The translations under genes and the position numbers were made by a program. From Dehalococcoidia bacterium (GTDB lineage Bacteria; Chloroflexota; Dehalococcoidia; Lucifugimonadales; UBA3495): a DNA stretch of 64,000 bases. Shown piece after piece: positions 19,048-28,600 of this stretch (positions are counted from its first letter, which is position 1; each line of letters opens with the position of its first letter). Below the pieces are notes generated by a model. The model ran no database searches and had not been told where the DNA came from. It was given only the letters and a program-made list of their open reading frames with translations. Location: the NCBI GenBank assembly GCA_963668585.1, contig OY764869.1, positions 1,397,292-1,461,291 of the forward strand. Direction: 5' to 3'.

Positions 19048-20571
19048 GTGTTTGAACGTTTTCAGGTAGTTCGCGCAGCCGACGTTTTCGCCGACGAGAA
19101 CCTGCAACCGTACCCCGAGAACGTAGCCGACCGGTTGCGGGAAGTCCTGTCGTCTCTGGACCCGCCGGCCAGAACCGCGGTAATCGAGAGCGACTATACC
19201 GATGTTGACTACTCGGCGTCCTACTACGACCAGCGCGGACGGTCTTTCACCCCCGACCGGCGGGTCACCAAGCGCATCCATTTCTTCGCGGCGGAATTTT
19301 CAGATGAGGACTTGATCGAAGCCAGTCAGCACACCATCAGCACGATGCAGGACTCCTACCTGGGGTTCGCCGTCTTACGGCCGGAAACGCCCGTCACACT
19401 TGGCAGGACCGTCATAGCCTGCCCCTCCACAATTCGCCGACACCCGGTGAGGTTCCCGACCAGGAGCACCACCAAAGTGGACCTGGCTGGCATCCCGCTT
19501 GAGGTGGAGTCGTGCCCCTACATGTCACAGGACGCCAAGATCATGGTTTGCGCGACCGCCGCGCTCTGGATGTCCTCATCGAACCTGGTCGACAAAATTC
19601 CCGGCATCCCGTTCCGGACCACCGCCGAAATCACCGCCCTGGCAATGTCTTTGGACCGGCCCTTCGGGCCCGCCGTCGTGCAACGAGGACTGTCCATCGT
19701 TGAGATGGAGCAAGCCTTCATCCGAATGGGTTTCGACCCCCGGAGGCACGAGTTCCCCAGCGCCGACCGAATAGTCGAAATCTGCCACCTGTTTTCCGAC
19801 AGTGGCATCCCGCCCGTCCTCGGCATCACGTTCGGACCAGTCGGCCACGCGGTCACCGTTGTCGGCTACACCCTGGGAGCTCCGCCGGACCCGGTTCCGG
19901 CATTCCGTGATGTGGCTTCAGCCCACCAGTACGTCCCTTACCTGGTAGTCCACGACGACCAGAGGGGGATGTATCTCCTCGCCGAACTGGAGGACGACCC
20001 GGTAGACGGCGACCGCCGCACTGCAGTGTTGACGCTTCACACACCCAACGGGCCCGAGCGCGCGCGCTGTACGGCCATTTTGGTTCCATTCCCCCGAAGG
20101 GTGATGCTGGACGCCCTGGAAGTGACGGCTCAAGCAGGATACTGGATTGAGTTCGGAAAACGCTTCGGCGTGATCGAAGATCGCAAAGTGGTTTCCCGCA
20201 AACTCCTCGTCAGGTCGAACAGCTACAAGCAAAAGCTGCTCGAGAATCGGCGCTCACCCTCGAAACCCGATGGGTACCCGAAGGAACTCGTGGACTTTGC
20301 GAGGGCGCTGCCAATGCCAAGGTACGTATGGCTGATTGAGGTCTCCTACGTGAAGGATTGGGATCCGACCAATCCAGCGCTGCCTCCAGTGATCGCGGAG
20401 TTCGTGCTTGACAGCACTCTAACGGAGGACCGGCGTCCAGACTTCTTGATGGCTCACTTCCCTGGTAGATTGCTTGGGAATGTGGTCAAAGAAAGCGGGG
20501 TCGAACTGGTTCCGGAAACCGTATCCGACGACGGAGACCATCTGCCTTTCCCTGACATCCCGCGGCCATAA
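19048..20571 (+). CDS. papain-fold (C39-like) cysteine peptidase domain protein, 507 aa
   Basis: Ordered Q...C / H / D signature: SQDAKIMVCATAALW, VGHAVTVVGY, LVVHDDQRG. GTG start. Confidence 0.6.
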   Translation: MFERFQVVRAADVFADENLQPYPENVADRLREVLSSLDPPARTAVIESDYTDVDYSASYYDQRGRSFTPDRRVTKRIHFFAAEFSDEDLIEASQHTISTMQDSYLGFAVLRPETPVTLGRTVIACPSTIRRHPVRFPTRSTTKVDLAGIPLEVESCPYMSQDAKIMVCATAALWMSSSNLVDKIPGIPFRTTAEITALAMSLDRPFGPAVVQRGLSIVEMEQAFIRMGFDPRRHEFPSADRIVEICHLFSDSGIPPVLGITFGPVGHAVTVVGYTLGAPPDPVPAFRDVASAHQYVPYLVVHDDQRGMYLLAELEDDPVDGDRRTAVLTLHTPNGPERARCTAILVPFPRRVMLDALEVTAQAGYWIEFGKRFGVIEDRKVVSRKLLVRSNSYKQKLLENRRSPSKPDGYPKELVDFARALPMPRYVWLIEVSYVKDWDPTNPALPPVIAEFVLDSTLTEDRRPDFLMAHFPGRLLGNVVKESGVELVPETVSDDGDHLPFPDIPRP

Positions 20572-20947
20572 CGGAGTTGAGCACGGCGGTCGGCATCAGC
20601 CGCCGTCAACTACGCTGAACGCGACGGCAAAAGGCCAGGACGCCCACCGGGGAGATGATGAGCTGAGCCCCCAGGTCGGCTCTGGCCTGCTGTTGCATCA
20701 TTGAGCATCCCAGGGATTCATGGGACCATTCCCGCCGTTTCTCCGCCGAAATGCAGTTCAGACGCACGGTAGACGCCAACCACAATAAACGAATGGGAGT
20801 AACCAAGAAGCTCTCTTTAGCCATGAGCACAATGTCACAATCCTGCATACCCACCGATGCGAACTGACGGTGGCCGTACACAAATGTGTTGTCCCGCTAC
20901 ACCAAACAACGAAGACAACACTCCGGAACAGGCGCACGCCGCCCACG

Positions 20948-21391
20948 TCAAAGAAGAACCATTCCGATGGAAGCGAGGGTAGTTCCCACGTTTACAGCCG
21001 TCAGCCAATCCGAAGGCGAAGCGCCGGTAAAGAGACCAGACACCGGACCGGTGGATATATCCACCACGCTCTCTTCAGTAGCTCGGAGTTCCTGACCGCT
21101 CATTGTCTCTTCGGTGCGGTCGACATTCTCCATAGCCTGCGGGTTGAGCGGGTCCACCAAGGTTGCCTTCGAAAAACATTGGCGAGCCGCCCGCGGATCT
21201 CCCATCCTGTGGGCCATCACACCCGTGTTGTTCCATATCATCGACGAAATTCTGGAAGGCAAGAATGGATCATCGACGAGCCTCTTTAGCAGATTCATAC
21301 CGGTCGTGAACTCGTTTAACCGGCCCTTGCACATCCCCATTAGATAAACCAACTCCCAAGAGCGGTGGCCCAACGCCTCAGCCCTCGTCAA
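20948..21391 (-). CDS. TPR-like protein with a C-terminal hydrophobic segment
   Basis: GDPRAARQCFSKATLVDPLNPQAMEN resembles a TPR motif. Lies downstream of the response regulator. Confidence 0.45.
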   Translation of the reverse strand: MTRAEALGHRSWELVYLMGMCKGRLNEFTTGMNLLKRLVDDPFLPSRISSMIWNNTGVMAHRMGDPRAARQCFSKATLVDPLNPQAMENVDRTEETMSGQELRATEESVVDISTGPVSGLFTGASPSDWLTAVNVGTTLASIGMVLL

Positions 21392-21458
21392 GTCGGAAAG
21401 TGCCTACCCGTACATCTGCATCTCGAAAGCAGCAGTAGCGCAGGCTACCGGACCCGGC

Positions 21459-22133
21459 CTACGCCGGCTCCGGGTAATCATCCAGCAGACCGCTCTGAAC
21501 CGCCCAGACGACCAGCTCCTGCTTGTTGGTGAATTGGAGCTTCCGCTGGATGCCGTAGATCGAGTTGCGAGCCGTGATGGGCTGGATGCCGCACGCCTCG
21601 CCGATCTCAGCGTAGGTGCGGCCCCGAGCAAAGAGCGCCAGCATTCTCTGCTCCCGGTCGCTGATGCTGTCCGCTGCCGGACCGCCCGCCGGCCGGACCG
21701 CCGAACGGATCCCGGCCAGCACCCGCCGCATCGCGTCGCTGGGGATCCGGTACTCCCCGGCCGCCACGTCCCGCACCGCGTCGATGAACTCCGCCATGCC
21801 GCAGACCTTCTGCAGGTATCCCGTCGCACCCGCCGCGAGCGAGTCCACCACCGCATCCTGCTCCGTAGACATCGTGAGCACCAGCACCCTGGAGTTCGGG
21901 GTCTCCTCCATGATCTCACGGCACGCGTCGATCCCGTTCTTCACCGGCATGATCAGGTCCAGGACCACCACGTCAGGACGCAATTCTGACGCCATCTCCA
22001 CCGCCATCTGCCCGTCCGACGCCTGTCCGACCACCCGAAACTCCGCGCTGCTTTCCAGAACCCGGCACAGGCCTTCACGAACGATCTCGTGGTCGTCCAC
22101 CAGCAGCACCGTCACGCCCGACGCGTCCAACAT
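21459..22133 (-). CDS. NarL/LuxR-family response regulator
   Basis: Receiver domain VLLVDDHEIVREGL...VVVLDLIMP; C-terminal GerE HTH REQRMLALFARGRTYAEIGEACGIQPITARNSI. Confidence 0.9.
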   Translation of the reverse strand: MLDASGVTVLLVDDHEIVREGLCRVLESSAEFRVVGQASDGQMAVEMASELRPDVVVLDLIMPVKNGIDACREIMEETPNSRVLVLTMSTEQDAVVDSLAAGATGYLQKVCGMAEFIDAVRDVAAGEYRIPSDAMRRVLAGIRSAVRPAGGPAADSISDREQRMLALFARGRTYAEIGEACGIQPITARNSIYGIQRKLQFTNKQELVVWAVQSGLLDDYPEPA

Positions 22134-22134
22134 C

Positions 22135-23649
22135 TCACTCGCCTCCTTGACTTGGCTCGAATGGAACCCGGCACGCCACTGTCGCGCCGGCCCCGCTGTC
22201 GTTATTCGCAACCTCCAGGACCCCGCCGAGGAGTTCGGCATCCGCGCGCATGTTGCGGAACCCGTGGCCCCGAAGCTGGTAATCCTCCGGCAACCCCAGG
22301 CCGTCGTCCGTCACCGACACCACCAGGTCGACCTGCCTGAAGTCCAGCACAATATCGACCCGACCGGCCTGGGCGTGACGAAACACGTTGGTCATCGCGT
22401 TGTGGGCGATTGAGAACAGCAGACTCTTGGTCGCCACCGGCAGCTCCGGTTCGACGCCCAGCTGCCGGACCTCCGCGGGAATCGACGAGACGGCGGTGAA
22501 AGTCGCCGCGTGCGAACTCAGCGTGGTCCCCAGCGCCTGCCCCTCGAAGATCACCCCGACGTCGATGGGATGGCGCAGCGACCAGATCGCCCACCGCGCA
22601 AGCTGTCCCGTCGCCTCCAGGCTGGTCGTCAACTGCGGTTGGGACGAACCGGCCAGGCCCTTCGCATGGTCGATGCCAATGCCAATCATGTATGCCGACT
22701 GGCCCACCGAATCGTGGATGGTCTGCGAAAGCTTGATGCGTTCCCACTGCAGTTGCTGTTCCCGAGCCACCGCTTCCCGGCGTCTAATGCGCTCGTACCT
22801 GGAGACCAGGCTGACCACGCAGGTGATGGCGTACAGCGCCAGGATCCGTTGGAACAGTTGCTTTTCATCGTTCGCCTCGAAGTCCACTCCAGCGCCCACC
22901 GTCAAGCTCAAGACGGTGTACACCACCGCCACCAGTGTAGCCCAGGCGCAGCTCAACCTGATCGACGTGAACACCACTGCAAACGCGGCCAGCATCACCA
23001 GGTAACCGGGATAGAAGCTACTCGCGAATCCACCCGACATTGAAACACTGAACGAGATCCAGAAAATGTCCAACGCGAAGAGCCCCAGCAGCCACCGGGC
23101 GGACACCATCCGCCCCGACCGGATCCGGTAGAACACGTAGCCGTTGATCACAGCCGGCGTCAGCGCGTACAGGGTGTTCAGAGCGTAGAAGCGATCCAGG
23201 TAGCCGGCCGGATAGTTGATCTCGATCAAAGCTCCGATTACCCAGGACCAACGTAACCACACGCTGATGATCGCTCCATACCGGAGCTCATCCGGGTCCA
23301 GACCTTCCGCCAACAGCCATTGCATCGGCTTTCCGAACGGCGTGGCCAGAAACGTACCCGCTTTCAATCGCCAACTCCCGTTGAGCTGCTCCGAGCCGCC
23401 GTGCCCCAGGCGGTGGAACACGACCACAGTCTTCCCATGGATGATACTGAATCTCAGCCGGTTTGCAAGGGCCGTCCGGCGAGTTCTCGTTGTGGAATGG
23501 CCATGCCAGCCTCGGCCAAAACGACCGGCGCCACGAACGGCGAGCCAACCCTGGTGCGTTACATCCGAATGGTAAGGGTAATAATCACTGAACACTGAGG
23601 CATTTATTGATTGTTTCGTATCGCCCATGCTGATACAACCTGGCCGCAT
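22135..23649 (-). CDS. membrane sensor histidine kinase (HisKA_3/NarX-DesK type); start uncertain
   Basis: Several TM helices. H-box LSQTIHDSVGQ. HATPase NVFRHA...VTDDGLGLP...GHGFRNM. Abuts the response-regulator gene. Confidence 0.8.
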   Translation of the reverse strand: MRPGCISMGDTKQSINASVFSDYYPYHSDVTHQGWLAVRGAGRFGRGWHGHSTTRTRRTALANRLRFSIIHGKTVVVFHRLGHGGSEQLNGSWRLKAGTFLATPFGKPMQWLLAEGLDPDELRYGAIISVWLRWSWVIGALIEINYPAGYLDRFYALNTLYALTPAVINGYVFYRIRSGRMVSARWLLGLFALDIFWISFSVSMSGGFASSFYPGYLVMLAAFAVVFTSIRLSCAWATLVAVVYTVLSLTVGAGVDFEANDEKQLFQRILALYAITCVVSLVSRYERIRRREAVAREQQLQWERIKLSQTIHDSVGQSAYMIGIGIDHAKGLAGSSQPQLTTSLEATGQLARWAIWSLRHPIDVGVIFEGQALGTTLSSHAATFTAVSSIPAEVRQLGVEPELPVATKSLLFSIAHNAMTNVFRHAQAGRVDIVLDFRQVDLVVSVTDDGLGLPEDYQLRGHGFRNMRADAELLGGVLEVANNDSGAGATVACRVPFEPSQGGE

Positions 23650-23840
23650 ATTTGATGATTAGTAACCATCACGTCAAAACGCCAATCTGATCCGACTGCT
23701 GGTGCCAATGTGTGCTGAGGCGAATATTCGCCGAACGGAATCCGGTCTCTGCCCGTCCGGCGCGCCACACTTGCGGCCGAGGGAAGACGCCGGACAGCAC
23801 ACCGGATTGCCGTGCCTGAAACGGCAAAAGGGAGCTCCAT

Positions 23841-24164
23841 ATGACAGCGCCGCAGAGCATCGGGGATAAAACGGTCGCGGCGGTGTCCCTGATCGAGGAA
23901 GCTTGCCTGATCGTGCTGCTGGAGGACTGGACTCGACGCGACAACGCCGATGGTGTGTGCGTGGAAGAGATCACGCGTCGGATCGGCCTGGCCGTTTGGT
24001 TGGGCCTGCGGATCAGCACGTTGGTGGTAGAGAAGGTGTTGCAGAACCTCAGCGGAGCGGGCAAAGCCGAGCTGGTTGCCGAGACGCTGACTGGCTCCAC
24101 GTGGACCATAGCCGAGAGCGAGGCCACGATACGGCCTATGCCAGCCTCGCCGGAACCAATGTAA
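23841..24164 (+). CDS. small winged-helix-like protein, paralog of 42046-42381
   Basis: Shares IEEACL(I/A)(V/I)LLE...GV...(E/D)(I/V)..RIG...WLG......VVE(K/R)(V/I)L with the second copy. Confidence 0.5.
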   Translation: MTAPQSIGDKTVAAVSLIEEACLIVLLEDWTRRDNADGVCVEEITRRIGLAVWLGLRISTLVVEKVLQNLSGAGKAELVAETLTGSTWTIAESEATIRPMPASPEPM

Positions 24165-24469
24165 TGGCGGCGCTACAACATCGGCAACCGGCGGAGGGGT
24201 GGGTCCGTGCACAGCGTACGGGCCGTTCGGGCACCGGTTGGTGGACCCATAGACCATCCCGGCCCTCGTGGGCGTCCCTCCTCCCAGGCGATACCGACCT
24301 TTTCGCCGGCGGCGTCCGCATGCCGCGCCGCCGACACCGGCGGGGCGGACCCAGGCGCCGGCAGACGCCTGGGTCTCGCAGTGGGGCGGCTGGCGCGAAC
24401 GGCGTGGGCCCTGGCGCTGGCGTTCCCGGCGGCCGGCTCCGCAGCCGCCGTCCCCACCAGGCCACTGCG

Positions 24470-24940
24470 CCCGCCGAGGCTGCCGCAGTGGTTGAGCTGG
24501 CGATCCAGCGCGACGCGGTGGCCAACCACACCCGCTGCACCGAGCTGCTGAGTGAGCGGGAGGGCAATGACCTGAGCCGGCCCACGGTGCGGCGCATCCT
24601 GACCAAGGCCGGCATCGCCAGTCCCCGCAGCCGGCGCTCGCCACAACACCGTTTCCGCCGCCCGCGAATGCACCAGGCTGGGCTGCTGGCGCAGCTGGAC
24701 GGCAGCCATCACCTTTGGTTGGAAGACCGGGGACCGCAATCTGCTCTGCTGCTGGCGATGGATGACGCCACCGGCGCGGTGGACAGCGCCGTGTTTCGCA
24801 CCGGCGAGGACACCAGGGGCTGCTTCATGTTCCTTTCCATTTTCCTGGAGAGCTTGATCCAAAGGTGGGGCATCCCCCTGGCGCTGTACTGCGGTCGCCA
24901 TGCTGTCTTCAAGCACAACGCGCGCCAGCCGGAGACCGCG
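24470..24940 (+). pseudogene. ISNCY-family transposase fragment (HTH plus first part of the rve/DDE core)
   Basis: SRPTVRRILTKAGIASPRSRRSPQHRFRRPRMHQAGLLAQLDGSHHLWLEDRGPQSALLLAMDDATG...WGIPLALYCGRHAVF matches my memory of the ISNCY pattern. The rest of the DDE domain is absent. Confidence 0.6.
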
Positions 24941-25179
24941 GCGGAAGCCAGCCGGTCCACCCGCGGCCGGCGGGAATTGGAAATCCGGCAGGTTTTCGCC
25001 CGTTGGTCCCCGGGCCCAAAACTCCAACGCATCGTCAGCAACGTGGGGGAGCACCGCATCAGCAGGTTGCAGCAGCGGCGTCTGGCCGTCCTGGAACCGG
25101 TGCGTATCGATGAAGCCGCGGTCAACACCGCTGCCGGGAAGGACGTCGTTGGCAAGGCGACGATCACTTGGGGGCGTAC

Positions 25180-25345
25180 GCCCACGCCCGCCCAACTGGC
25201 CCGGCGGAAAGGGTTGTCCCTGCGGTCTATCTCTCGGGAATTGGGCATTTCTCGCGTAACCGTGCGCAAGTACGCCCGCGCCGAGCAACCGCCCGCCAAG
25301 AAGCTCAGCGCCGCGGAACGGGACCAGCTGAAGGCGCTACGCAAA
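25180..25345 (+). pseudogene. isolated IS-type HTH fragment (IS21 IstA-like N-terminus)
   Basis: GLSLRSISRELGISRVTVRKYARAEQ; no transposase body follows. Confidence 0.3.
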
Positions 25346-25601
25346 TCTACAACGGTCGCCAACTGGGCAAAGGGACATCGTCGCTGTCCGTTTAACACGA
25401 CGGAATCGCTGGACAACAACACATCGCGTCCGGTGGTGAGACCCATTGAGCGTTTCAGCCAGGCAACCTTTTTCAAACCAGGAGTAATGAACCATGTTCA
25501 GTGTCAAAGGTAGAGCATCCAATCGGTTGGTTGTTGGCAGAGGTACGGACGCGGCGAGCGGCGGGCGTATTCCGGACCGCCGTTCCTGGCGGGGTGTGAG
25601 C

Positions 25602-28600
25602 ATGCGCCTGCGCCTGCTGGCCGGGCTGGGCCTGGCGGTCGCTCTGCTGGCGTTCCTGGCAACCCTGGCCGCGCTGCCGGCCCCGCCCCTGCAGGCGCAG
25701 GCGCTCCCCGCCGCGACCGAGGTCCCCAACGGCTGGAGTCTCAAGCCTGACGGCCTGGGCACCGGCGACAAGTTCCGGCTGCTGTTCCTGTCCTCGACAG
25801 TGCGCACCGCCCAGGCCACCGACATCGCGGATTACAACACCTGGATCCAGAACCGCGCCGCAGCCGGCCACGACGACATCCAGGCCTACAGCCAGAGTTT
25901 CCGGGTGGTGGGCTGCACCGCCGACGTGGACGCCCGGGACAACACCGCTACCAACACCAACATCGACGGCGAGGGCGTGCCCATCTACTGGCTCAACGGC
26001 AATAAGGCCGCGGATGACAACGCAGATTTCTATGACGGGGACTGGGACGACGAGGTCGGCGACAGGGATGAGTCAGGCACAGACGGCCTCAATACCGACT
26101 TGGATGACAACCGCCCCTGGACCGGCTGCGGCCATGACGGCACGGAGGGTTTTAGGTCACTTGATAATTCTTCGCGGGCGCTCGGCGCGGCTGTCGTGCG
26201 CTATGGCTATCCCAAGCATCCCGATGCCTTCTACGGTCCCCTCAGCGGCTTCAACGACCTCGCCACTTTCCCGCACCCCATGTACGGGCTCTCGCAGGTC
26301 TTCGAGGTTGGGCCACCGGAAGTCCTGGTCAGCAACACGCATCTGAGTCCGTTGACCAATAGCAGCCGTTTGTTTCAAGCTCAGAGCTTCGAAACCGGGC
26401 CCAACGCGGATGGCTACACGGTCTCCGAGGTTGACGTGTGGTTGGGAAATGCCTCAGGCAGAAGCACCAGCGTCAGTATCAAGGAGAACAACGCCAGCGA
26501 TGAACCGGGCGATCTGGTGGCCACCCTCGCCAACCCAACGTCCTTGACGGACGACAGCCCCAACACCTTCACGGCGCCGGACGTAATCACGCTGGCTGCG
26601 AACACGCGCTACTGGATAACCGTGAACGAGGGAATCTCATCCAACCAGGCGTCAGTTCGCATTACTGAGCTATATGCCGAGGTCGGCGAGACGGGCTGGA
26701 GCATCGGCAACGGCCGCCTGCAAGAAGTTTTTGGTATCTGGCGCTCCAATCCCGAAACCCTGTTGATAGCAATCAGGGGCTCCGGTGTAGGCGTCGAATT
26801 CTCCACCAACGCGACGCTGAGCGGCCTGGCGCTGGAGGTCGCGGACGGCGGCGAGACCATTGCGGTGAGTCCGACCTCCGATGCTTACGTCTACACGGCA
26901 GTGGTGGCCAACCCGACCGGCGCGGTGAAGCTGACGGCGACGAAGCACCACGATGGTGCCACGGTGGCCATCACCAACGACGACGACCCCGCCACGCCCG
27001 GGGAGGCGGAGCTGGACCTGGGCGTCGGGTTCAACACGCTGACGGTCACGGTGACGGCGGAGGATGCCGACATCACGCTGACCTACACGGTAACCGTGGA
27101 ACGCTATATCCCCGAGATCCTGGTCAACAACACGCGTCTGGGTGGGAGGACCGGTACCGTAGAGGACGTTCTCGCTCAGAGCTTCGAAACGGGCGCCAAC
27201 CCGGAAGGCTACACGGTCTCCGAGATTGATATACGGTTAGGAGATGTCTCAGGCAGGAGCACCAGTGTCAGGATCAGGAAGAACAACGCCAGCAATCGAC
27301 CGGGCGACCCGGTAGCCACCCTGACCAACCCGGGGACGTTGACGGCTGGCAGCCTCAACACGTTCACGGCGCCGGCCGGCACGACGCTGGATAGGAACAC
27401 AACCTACTGGATAACCACGAACGAGGGAATCTCACCCTCATCCCAGAGGGCGCGTTTTTTTCGTGATGACAGAAATGAAGATCTCGGCGAGCCAGGCTGG
27501 AGCATCGGCGACGACTATCTATGGAGACATGCCGAGACGGAAAGCTGTAAAAACGATAACACATCCCTCCTGATAGAAATCAGGGGCATCTATGGGGTGC
27601 TCCTGCCGGCGCCGCGCCTGCCGGCGGTCGACGACCCGCAGGCGATCTGGCTGGCGACGCTCACGGTGGGGAACCCGGGCTCGGGCCAGCAGGGCTACGA
27701 CGGCGCGCATTGCGGCCGGGGCGGCCTGAGCGACACCGCGTTCACCTACCTGGGCGACAACACCCCGGTCCCGCCAGGGGGGACCCCGCCCTACACCATC
27801 GACCTGATGGCTTACAACCGTGCGTTGGGCAACTTCGAACTCTCCCTCGATCGGAGGTTCATGCAAGATAGCGCCGCAAACATAGTCGTGGATGTGGACG
27901 GGACGCAACTGCGATTTTCGAATGCGACGTATGCCGCGTCCTCCAATGTCTTGCCCCCCCATACCTACTCGTGGACCATGACCGACCCCTCGTGGCCGGT
28001 CGGCGAGGAGGTGCGGGTGAAGATCCTGGTGCTCAAGGATACCGACGGCCCGGTTGACCTGATGGCGACGACCACCCTGTCCCCGCACACGACCCCGACC
28101 GGATGGAAGTACGAGACGCGAAACCTGACCCTGACCTGGACGGCGCCGACCAGCGGGGGGACCGTGACCGGCTACCGGTTGGAGTACCAGCCGGACCCGG
28201 CGTTCCAGTGGAAGACGCTGGTGGGGAACCAGTCGGAGATGTCCTATACACAGAGCGGCAAATTGAGGGACGTGGTGGACTACTACCGCGTGGCGGCGCT
28301 GCGCTCGGGCGAGTCGCCGAGCTACTCCGATATAGTGCGGGTGCAGGTGCCGCCGGAGACAACGAAGGTCCCGCAGCAGGTGGGCTATATGGAGGCCGGT
28401 ACGGCGCCGTGCTCGGGCGTGAAGGTGGCCTGGAACCGGGCGTACACGGGGATCGGCAAGAGCGGGGACGGGGCCGGGAGCGGCGTGCGGGCCCGGGGCT
28501 ACCAGGTGCAGTATGCGGTGGACGACGGCAAGTATCCGCATTACGTGGTCTATGGGCAGGACTGGTCCACCGTCACGCTGCCGAACTGGCTGAACGGCCT

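Noticed and set aside
20606-20881. 91-aa minus-strand ORF in the low-GC gap after the peptidase gene
   Set aside because: It has no motifs or RBS. It may be non-coding spacer.
23855-23875. CGGGGATAAAAC string resembling the end of the CRISPR repeat
   Set aside because: It is only an ~8-nt match inside a coding sequence (SIGDKTVA), with no partner repeats at 61-nt spacing.
23604-25288. Long minus-strand ORFs (346 and 371 aa), plus the N-terminal 190 aa of ORF 23903-25513
   Set aside because: They have Arg/Pro/Gly-rich composition and no motifs. The region is better explained by a small wHTH gene plus IS fragments.
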